This document shows positions 28,916 through 36,280 of a stretch of 64,000 bases of DNA, piece by piece. Under the pieces are notes generated by a model. It saw nothing but the letters and a program-made list of their open reading frames with translations, searched no databases and was not told where the DNA came from. Positions within the stretch are counted from its first letter, which is position 1. Every line of letters begins with the position of its first letter. A program made the translations under genes and the position numbers. The stretch comes from Lachnospiraceae bacterium (lineage in GTDB: Bacteria > Bacillota > Clostridia > Lachnospirales > Lachnospiraceae), in NCBI GenBank assembly GCA_045578645.1, contig JAZNKQ010000067.1, forward strand, positions 8,295 through 72,294, written 5' to 3'.

Positions 28916-29146
28916 GCTTTACAGGAAAGTTCTATTTCCTATAAAGTAAAAAAGCTCCGTGAGGATGCGCACTCGCGCGTTTGGAAAAATGTCACTTATG
29001 CGACCGCGCTCAGTGAATATTTGTGTGCCGTAACGCGAAAGACTTTTCTGAATGGTAAATTTGTGCTTGCCTATATACTGTAAATAAGATAAAATAAGTA
29101 TAAGAAAATACATACATCAATCAAGAAAATACATGGAGATAAAATT

Positions 29147-29506
29147 GTGAACAGAACGATTTCTGAATTAAAAGGATGCGGATGTGATGTTGAATCTGCA
29201 TTGGAACGCTTCCTTAACAACGAAGCGATGTACATGAAGTTCTTAAAGAAGTTCCTGACAGATGAAAGCTATGCAAAGCTCAGCGCTAATATCACGGAGG
29301 GTGATTATGAGGAGGCCTGCAGGAGTGTGCATACTCTGAAAGGAGTGAGCGGAAATCTTGGCCTGACTCCTCTGTACGAAGCATCTTCAGCCATGGTGAA
29401 TGAATTCCGGGCAGGAAATCCCGATACTGCTGTTGCGGGGATGGAAAGGCTGTCGGGGATATATAACGAAATCAGTTCTGTTATCAGTGAGACGATTGGC
29501 ATGTAA
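29147..29506 (+). CDS. stand-alone Hpt (histidine phosphotransfer) domain protein
   Basis: Contains HTLKGVSGNLGL, the Hpt phospho-His motif. Apparent GTG start. Confidence 0.65.
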   Translation: MNRTISELKGCGCDVESALERFLNNEAMYMKFLKKFLTDESYAKLSANITEGDYEEACRSVHTLKGVSGNLGLTPLYEASSAMVNEFRAGNPDTAVAGMERLSGIYNEISSVISETIGM

Positions 29507-29540
29507 ACAACTGAACTTATGCGACGGGAGGGTGAGAATT

Positions 29541-30155
29541 ATGAATAAGGTCATAACCATAAGCAGACAGTACGGAAGCGGAGGACGTGAGATAGGACGG
29601 AAGCTGGCAGAGCAGCTGGGAATTCCTTTTTATGATAATGAGCTTATTATGAGAGCTGCAAAGGAGAGCGGATTTGCAGAAGCTGCCTTTGCAAATGCAG
29701 AGAGCAGGGCAACAAGCAGCCTTCTTTATTCCATTGCAAGAGGAATGACAACTTACGGTAATCAGGAAATAGGATATTCACATTTATCGCTTGATGACAG
29801 AATTTATCTTGCTCAGGCAGATGTCATAAGAAAAGTGGCGGCAGAAGGTCCGTGCGTAATTGTCGGACGCTGCGCCGATTATGTTCTTAGAAAAATGGAT
29901 AATGTAATCAGTGTTTTCATATGGGCTGATTTACCTTTCCGCATTGAGCGTGCGATTCGTGTAAATAATATGTCGCCTGACAAAATAGAGGATAACATTC
30001 AAAAGATTGATAAGAGAAGGTCAAACTATTACCATTTCCATACAAGTGAGAAATGGGGAGATGCCAAGAACTATCATCTTTCTCTGAGAAGCAGTCTGGT
30101 AGGAATCGATAATGCAGTAAAGTGCATTAAGACCTACATTGAAGCTGCCGAATAG
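29541..30155 (+). CDS. cytidylate kinase-like family protein (P-loop NTPase)
   Basis: ITISRQYGSGGREIGRKLAEQLGIPFYDNELI is typical of this family. Confidence 0.75.
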   Translation: MNKVITISRQYGSGGREIGRKLAEQLGIPFYDNELIMRAAKESGFAEAAFANAESRATSSLLYSIARGMTTYGNQEIGYSHLSLDDRIYLAQADVIRKVAAEGPCVIVGRCADYVLRKMDNVISVFIWADLPFRIERAIRVNNMSPDKIEDNIQKIDKRRSNYYHFHTSEKWGDAKNYHLSLRSSLVGIDNAVKCIKTYIEAAE

Positions 30156-30169
30156 TGACATGAATTATG

Positions 30170-30220
30170 ACAGACCCTGAGAAGCTTTGGTTTATACCGG
30201 TGTACAGGGTCTGTTTTTTT
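30170..30220 (+). terminator. intrinsic terminator (long loop)
   Basis: ACAGACCCTG ... CAGGGTCTGT followed by TTTTTT. Confidence 0.5.
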
Positions 30221-30413
30221 GTATAATTATCCGCGGATTTATCTGCCGGAGCTTTAGTGTGAAAGAGAATATTAATAGAATCTTAAAAAGTTATATCTTT
30301 ACACTTAATATTAATAGGAGTATAGTTAAGATCTACATTAATTTACAAATAAATTAATGAACTTTTTTACGGCAAACTCGTCTAATAATGAGGTTGCTTA
30401 ATATAGTGACTAT

Positions 30414-31193
30414 ATGGTCGCTAAAGGGAGAATGAGGGAGGAAATGAAGGAAAATAACGACATTTTAATTGAGGTTAAGAATGCCAGAAAAATCTACCAC
30501 ATGGGTCGTGAACGGATTCGTGCCGTAGATGGTGTCAGCTTTGATATACGTCGCGGTGAATTCTGCTGCCTTCTCGGAACCTCGGGTTCCGGAAAGTCTA
30601 CGCTCCTTAATCTTATGGCGGGCATTGAAAAGCTCACCTCAGGGGAAATATTGATTAAGGGAAAATCCATCAGTAAGATGAATGAAAACAAGCTGGCAAA
30701 GTTCAGACAGGATCATCTGGGATTTGTATTCCAGTCCTATAACCTGCTGGGCTCGATGACTGCGCAGGAAAATGTTGAATTCCCGCTGGTATTTAAAAGG
30801 GTTCCTGCCAAAAAGCGCAGGAAGATGGCTAGGGATATGCTGGTTAAGGTCGGGCTGAAGACAAGACTTAAGCATAAGCCGAAGGAGATGTCCGGCGGAC
30901 AGCAGCAGAGAGTCGGAATAGCGAGGGCATTTGTGGCTAAGCCTGAGATAGTTTTTGCGGATGAGCCGACGGGAAATCTTGACTCAAGAACAACAACGGA
31001 AATAATGGATCTGATAAAGGAAATTGCCGTGAGCAATAAACAGACCATTGTTATGGTAACGCATGACCGGAAGCTTTCCGAATATGCTGACAAAATAATA
31101 CATATTATGGATGGGAAAATCCAGAGCATAGAAGTGAAGAATGATGAGATGCCTGAGGGGCAGACAGGAGGAAATGATGAAGAAATTAAGTAG
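30414..31193 (+). CDS. ABC transporter ATP-binding protein, MacB/LolD/FtsE-like
   Basis: Walker A GTSGSGKST, signature LSGGQQQRVGIARA, Walker B VFADEPTGNLD. The start is ambiguous (30414, 30432 or 30444). Confidence 0.9.
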   Translation: MVAKGRMREEMKENNDILIEVKNARKIYHMGRERIRAVDGVSFDIRRGEFCCLLGTSGSGKSTLLNLMAGIEKLTSGEILIKGKSISKMNENKLAKFRQDHLGFVFQSYNLLGSMTAQENVEFPLVFKRVPAKKRRKMARDMLVKVGLKTRLKHKPKEMSGGQQQRVGIARAFVAKPEIVFADEPTGNLDSRTTTEIMDLIKEIAVSNKQTIVMVTHDRKLSEYADKIIHIMDGKIQSIEVKNDEMPEGQTGGNDEEIK

Positions 31194-33669
31194 GCTGGCA
31201 GCAGCCCTTATGGTATTTGTACTGGCGCTGTCTTTGGCGACCGTACAGAAGGTGGCAGCAAATGAATATCTGAGACCGGAGAATCTCAATGACCTTAATC
31301 TTGAAATCCCGGCGGGAGAGACAACGCATATTTCTGTTCCGATAAGGACAACGGGCAGCTCTCTTACTCTTTATTCGATTAATGTTGTTCCCGATGACTC
31401 GGCGCGCTTTACAATAAGCAATATAAAGCTTGTTAACCATGTAACGGGAAATGAGCTTAGCGGCGCAACTATTAATATTCATTACAATTCAAACATAAGC
31501 ATTGAATTTGACGTAACCGCAAGCGATAATGCGGAAATCGGATATCATAATATTTATGTTAAGGGTACCGGTACCATATACATGGACGGCTATTCGGTAA
31601 TTAATAATGAAACACTTTTGACATTTAATACATATACACCCAATCAGCTGGATCCGATTCAGCTTTATCTCAACGAGATTATATATAATGAATTTGACGT
31701 ATATCCCGACAACTATTTTGAGTTTGTTTTCGATATAGCAAATAACGGTGCTGTTAAGGCGGTTAATTCATATCTTACGGTTGATTTCGGTGCGAGCGGA
31801 ATTATTCCGGATTATCAGCTTGAGAACATAAAAATAGGCAGCATTGACGGCAAGAAAAGTAAGAGCGTAACGGTTCCTGTAAGGGTGCTTCCCAATGCTG
31901 AGGTAGGCTTGCAGAAGCTTACTGCAACAATTACCTGTCAGGATGAGACGGGCGCGGAGAAGGGCCCCTTTACCTACAGTGTGTATGTTAATATCATGAA
32001 TTGGTCGGGGGCTTCGCTTATCGAGCTGACAACAGAGGATAACTATAAGCAGCTTACCCCGGGAACTCTTGATAATCTGAGTCTTACCGTGGCAAATACA
32101 GGCGAGACGGATGCTTATGATGTAATTATTACTCCTACCGGTCTTGATGCTGCATCAGGACTTACAAAGAACTTTACAAGTGACGGAATACAGCTTAATA
32201 AAATCGCTGCGGGAGAGACAAAGCAGATTGAGATTCCGATTAATGTTTCCGAGAGCTTTGCTCCGGGTCTTTATGAAATCGGATTTAAGGCAACCTATAC
32301 CGATAACTGGGGTAATGCAAGAACTCCGGCTAATATGACAATGTACGTAAGCGGTGCGGTTACCACCGATAAGCTTATGATAAGTAATGTTTCCCAGAGC
32401 CCTGCGATTCCGCAGGCGGGAGAGCAGATAACGGTATCCTTTGACCTTACCAATCCCGGAAACGCATCTGTTTCGGATGTAAAGCTTTACGGAAAAGAGC
32501 TTTCATCAATGAGCTTTGAGCCGATAAGCTCTAATCCCTATGTACGTGTGGGAGAGCTTGCTGCGGGAGAAACAAAGAAGGTCAGCATGACCTTTAAGGT
32601 TGGCGAGAAAATAGCAGAGGGTCTTCATACCCTTTCGGTAGGCTACGATTTTATGACCGTAAGCAATAAGGAAGCAAGCGGTTCAGAGCAGTTTTACATA
32701 CTTAATGTTGAGAACAACCTTGAGTCACAGAAGAATATCGGAAAGCCGAAGCTTATTATAAGCACCTTCGGTACCGACGAGGAGATTCTTAAGGCAGGTT
32801 CAACCTTTAACTTTAATTTCTGCCTTAAAAACACACATACCAATAAATCGGCAAAGAATATAAAGATTACGCTTACTCAGGATGAGGGCATTTTTGCACC
32901 TACCGAGGGAACGAATATTTTCTATATTGAGGAGATAGAGGCCGGTGCAGAGGCACAGGAGACAATAAACCTCAAAACAAGGTCGGATGCGGCTACGGGA
33001 GATTACAGCATCAGACTTTTGGTAGAATATGAGTATGACGAGATGTCAGAGACCGATCTTGAGAAGGGCGGAGTATCTGAGGAGAATATCGTAAAGCTCC
33101 GTGCAACAGAGAATTACCGTCCGGTTATTGAGAATATCCGTATTGATGCATGGGATACCGTATATGTCGGAGATACCGTTGACTTAAGCTTTGAATTCTA
33201 TAACATGGGTAAGTCGACTCTCGGAAATGTATATATTACGGTAGAGGGAGACTTCTGCCTTGCCAATAACAGTGAGATGAGCTATATCGGTGCTGTTTCG
33301 GGCTATGGACAGGAATACATAAATCCTCAGGTTGTTCCGCTTATTGCGGGCGAGGCTCTCGGTACACTGACTGTTCATTTTGAAGACAGTAACGGTGACG
33401 AAGTAACACTCTCATCGGATTTCAGCTATTATGTTGAAGAACCGGGCGGAATGGATATGGGCTTTGAAGACCCCGGAATGTGGGGAGACATGGGAATTCC
33501 CGTTTTTGATGAAGAGCCGGTTGAGGAAGACATCATGCAGCTCTGGCTGTTCCTTGTTATTATCGGCGGAATTATTGTGATTGTAACTCCTGTCACCTAC
33601 AAGATTGCAATCGGAATCAAGAAAAAGAAGCTTAGAAAGATTTATGATAAGGAAGACGAGGAAGAATAG
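31174..33669 (+). CDS. large surface protein with multiple CARDB/COG1361-like beta-sandwich repeats, a signal peptide and a C-terminal TM anchor
   Basis: Signal peptide ...ATVQKVAA/NEY. Recurrent patterns are N.G...A.DV / N.G.S.L.NVY. A C-terminal TM (LWLFLVIIGGIIVIV) is followed by KKKKLRK. The domain call is from memory. Confidence 0.6.
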   Translation: MMKKLSRLAAALMVFVLALSLATVQKVAANEYLRPENLNDLNLEIPAGETTHISVPIRTTGSSLTLYSINVVPDDSARFTISNIKLVNHVTGNELSGATINIHYNSNISIEFDVTASDNAEIGYHNIYVKGTGTIYMDGYSVINNETLLTFNTYTPNQLDPIQLYLNEIIYNEFDVYPDNYFEFVFDIANNGAVKAVNSYLTVDFGASGIIPDYQLENIKIGSIDGKKSKSVTVPVRVLPNAEVGLQKLTATITCQDETGAEKGPFTYSVYVNIMNWSGASLIELTTEDNYKQLTPGTLDNLSLTVANTGETDAYDVIITPTGLDAASGLTKNFTSDGIQLNKIAAGETKQIEIPINVSESFAPGLYEIGFKATYTDNWGNARTPANMTMYVSGAVTTDKLMISNVSQSPAIPQAGEQITVSFDLTNPGNASVSDVKLYGKELSSMSFEPISSNPYVRVGELAAGETKKVSMTFKVGEKIAEGLHTLSVGYDFMTVSNKEASGSEQFYILNVENNLESQKNIGKPKLIISTFGTDEEILKAGSTFNFNFCLKNTHTNKSAKNIKITLTQDEGIFAPTEGTNIFYIEEIEAGAEAQETINLKTRSDAATGDYSIRLLVEYEYDEMSETDLEKGGVSEENIVKLRATENYRPVIENIRIDAWDTVYVGDTVDLSFEFYNMGKSTLGNVYITVEGDFCLANNSEMSYIGAVSGYGQEYINPQVVPLIAGEALGTLTVHFEDSNGDEVTLSSDFSYYVEEPGGMDMGFEDPGMWGDMGIPVFDEEPVEEDIMQLWLFLVIIGGIIVIVTPVTYKIAIGIKKKKLRKIYDKEDEEE

Positions 33670-33698
33670 TCCGTTGGTGATGAAGGGAGAATAAAGCT

Positions 33699-33935
33699 AT
33701 GGTTGAAGATGTATATTTCGATAGTTCATTTGCCGTAGATGAATATGGCGATATGTACGGCGACATGTTTGAAGAGGTAGGAATGGGAGAGGCGGAAACC
33801 GGCTCCTTTAATCCTATGGGCAGCATCTGGTTTATTTCCGGCATGTTTGCACTTGCGCTTGCGGTAAGCGTAGGGCTTGGAATACTGTTTGCGAAATTGA
33901 AGGCTAAAAAGGGATTGGACGTATATGAAGATTAG
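33699..33935 (+). CDS. small single-pass membrane protein with an acidic/aromatic N-terminus
   Basis: 78-aa ORF packed tightly between the CARDB protein and the FtsX permease, overlapping the permease start by 11 nt. Confidence 0.5.
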   Translation: MVEDVYFDSSFAVDEYGDMYGDMFEEVGMGEAETGSFNPMGSIWFISGMFALALAVSVGLGILFAKLKAKKGLDVYED

Positions 33936-35268
33936 TGACCTGGTTAAGATGGGGCTGCGTAATCTGTTGCGCAGGAAGGCGCGAACGGCGCTTACCGTTA
34001 TCGGTGTTATTATTGGTACAATTTCCATTGTTGTAATGTTTTCAATCGGTATCGGTATGAACGAGAGCTTTGAAAAATCAATCATGCAGAACGGAAGCAT
34101 GACTGTGATTGATGTAAGCTCAAATCAGTATGTGGAAAACGAAGACGGAAGCTGGTCCAGTACAAAGCAGACGCTTAATGATGATGTTGTGGAGCAGCTG
34201 AAGGCAATCGAGCACGTAAAAGCGGTTACCCCGATTCTGTACTGCTGGTCTGCCCAGTTCTACAGCGGCAAGTATCAGTCATGGCCGAATCTGATGGTTA
34301 TGGATATGGACTGCTACGAGGAATTCGGTTATCCGGTACTTGAAGACGGAACCTATCCGACAAAGGAAGAGGCGCTTGCCGGAACACTTTATTTCGGCTC
34401 GGAGTCACTTAATAATGAATTCTATTACTGGGACGGAAGAACCTCGAAAACAAAAGAGTTTGATTTTGAACATGATAAGCTTGAAATCAAGTTCAGTGAG
34501 TACCAGCAGAATGAGCGTAAGAAGGAATACTCGTTTCAGGTAGCGCAGCGAAAAAAGATTTCGGGAAGCGAAGGCGCATATTCGGAGGCTTCGTGGTACA
34601 CCTTTGTAGATATCGATTTATATAAGGAAATGTACCAGAAATATGCCAATACGCTGAAGGTTGATGACCGTAAAAAGGCGCTTGCATCGCTTAGCCAGTA
34701 TGAGACCATCAGGATAAATGTCGATAACATGAATAATGTTACCGAGGTGCAGGATACAATAGAGCTGCTCGGATACAAATCGAGCAGTGATATGCAGTAC
34801 ATAGAGCCGATGCAGGAAACCTCTGAAATGCTGCAGATTGTACTCGGTGCAATCGGAGGCATTGCCATGCTGGTATCTGCGATAAATATCGCCAATACCA
34901 TGATTATGTCAATATATGAGCGTACAAAGGAAATCGGTATTATGAAGGTGCTCGGATGCAAGGTTGTCGATGTTAAGAAGCTGTTTTTGTTTGAGGCGGG
35001 GCTTATAGGACTTATCGGCGGCATAATAGGTGTCGGACTGAGCTATCTTGCTTCGTGGGCGATTAATACATACGGTCAGGATATTTTCGCTTCGCTGATG
35101 AGCGGAAGCGTCGGTGTTGCGGAGGGTTCGGACTTTTCCGTTATTCCGTTCTGGCTGCCGTTTCTTGCTGCGGCCTTCGCAATCGCAGTCGGTATTCTGT
35201 CGGGATACCTTCCGGCGCGCAGGGCAACTAAGATATCTGCAATCGAGGCAATGAAATCGGCAGAGTAA
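33925..35268 (+). CDS. ABC transporter permease, FtsX/MacB family with a large extracytoplasmic domain
   Basis: N-terminus LRNLLRRKARTALTVIGVIIG, an external domain of about 250 aa, and a C-terminal FtsX 3-TM bundle. Confidence 0.85.
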   Translation: MKISDLVKMGLRNLLRRKARTALTVIGVIIGTISIVVMFSIGIGMNESFEKSIMQNGSMTVIDVSSNQYVENEDGSWSSTKQTLNDDVVEQLKAIEHVKAVTPILYCWSAQFYSGKYQSWPNLMVMDMDCYEEFGYPVLEDGTYPTKEEALAGTLYFGSESLNNEFYYWDGRTSKTKEFDFEHDKLEIKFSEYQQNERKKEYSFQVAQRKKISGSEGAYSEASWYTFVDIDLYKEMYQKYANTLKVDDRKKALASLSQYETIRINVDNMNNVTEVQDTIELLGYKSSSDMQYIEPMQETSEMLQIVLGAIGGIAMLVSAINIANTMIMSIYERTKEIGIMKVLGCKVVDVKKLFLFEAGLIGLIGGIIGVGLSYLASWAINTYGQDIFASLMSGSVGVAEGSDFSVIPFWLPFLAAAFAIAVGILSGYLPARRATKISAIEAMKSAE

Positions 35269-35290
35269 AATGCTCGGAATGGAGAATATA

Positions 35291-35686
35291 ATGAAATTCG
35301 AAGACGGTGGATTTAGACTGAAGAAAACGGATTTGCTGCTTCTGGCAGGTCTTCTTCTGTTGTCCGCCGTCTGTTTTTTTGCATACCGGTTTTTGGCGGC
35401 GGATGCGGGTACTGCGGTTGTGATAGCGGTTGACGGCGTAGCGGTCGGGGAGTATAGTCTGTATGAGAATCGGATTATTACAATAGAAGGAACAAATGGT
35501 ACGGATGTTCTTGAAATAAAAGACGGCTATGCAAGTATGCTGTCGGCAGAATGTCCGGATGGCATATGTGTAAAGCATTCTCCCGTAAATCGGAGCGGAG
35601 AAAGCATAATCTGTCTTCCGAACCGCATTTCGGTAAAGGTGGTTGCCGGAGACGGCGGGAGTTTAATCGACAGTATAGCAAGATAA
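35291..35686 (+). CDS. NusG domain II-containing (DUF1312) membrane-anchored protein
   Basis: The Cys pattern CPDGICV...IICLPN and its pairing with a Gx transporter gene are both recalled family traits. Confidence 0.6.
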   Translation: MKFEDGGFRLKKTDLLLLAGLLLLSAVCFFAYRFLAADAGTAVVIAVDGVAVGEYSLYENRIITIEGTNGTDVLEIKDGYASMLSAECPDGICVKHSPVNRSGESIICLPNRISVKVVAGDGGSLIDSIAR

Positions 35687-35734
35687 TTAAAGCAGCAGCT
35701 TTACATACGTTTTCCTGTTGCGGAGGAGGCTCTA

Positions 35735-36280
35735 TTGAAAAATAGCATTTCTTCAAATAGTAAGAGTAAGCAAAAAAGCACCGGCAGAATTGCTCTGCTC
35801 GGTGTTTTAATTGCGCTTGCCTTTATTCTGGGATATCTTGAAAGCTTACTGCCTGTGTTTGCGGGGATTCCGGGGATTAAGCCGGGATTCTCGAATATTT
35901 CGATTATTACCGCGCTGTATCTGCTGGGAAAAAAGGAGGCTGCAGGTCTCAGTCTGGTAAAGGTAGTGCTTGCGGGAATTACCTTCGGAGGTATGTTTTC
36001 GATGCTGTACAGCCTTGCCGGAGCGGTTCTCAGTCTTACTGTCATGCTTATTCTTTCCCGCATAAAAAAGCTTTCGCCCGCAGGCGTAAGCGTAGCGGGC
36101 GGAGTTGCTCATAATATGGGTCAGATAGCAGTGGCGTGCCTTGTTACGGGCGATGCAGTTATATACTATCTTCCGTTTCTTGTTGCGGCGGGTGCCGTTT
36201 CAGGGTTTATAACGGGAATCATCAGTTCTCAGCTTCTTGTACGGTTATCTCGCACTCGGCTGTTTTGCCGCCGCATGTAA
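35735..36280 (+). CDS. Gx transporter family protein (Hpre_diP_synt_I-like)
   Basis: Polytopic 181-aa protein with a TTG start after GGAGGAGG. The family call is from memory. Confidence 0.6.
   Translation: MKNSISSNSKSKQKSTGRIALLGVLIALAFILGYLESLLPVFAGIPGIKPGFSNISIITALYLLGKKEAAGLSLVKVVLAGITFGGMFSMLYSLAGAVLSLTVMLILSRIKKLSPAGVSVAGGVAHNMGQIAVACLVTGDAVIYYLPFLVAAGAVSGFITGIISSQLLVRLSRTRLFCRRM

Noticed and set aside
28919-29113. A 64-aa minus-strand ORF between tRNA-Leu(AAG) and the Hpt gene.
   Set aside because: It has no SD, it begins inside an AT-rich promoter-like region, and I recognise no motifs. It is left unannotated.
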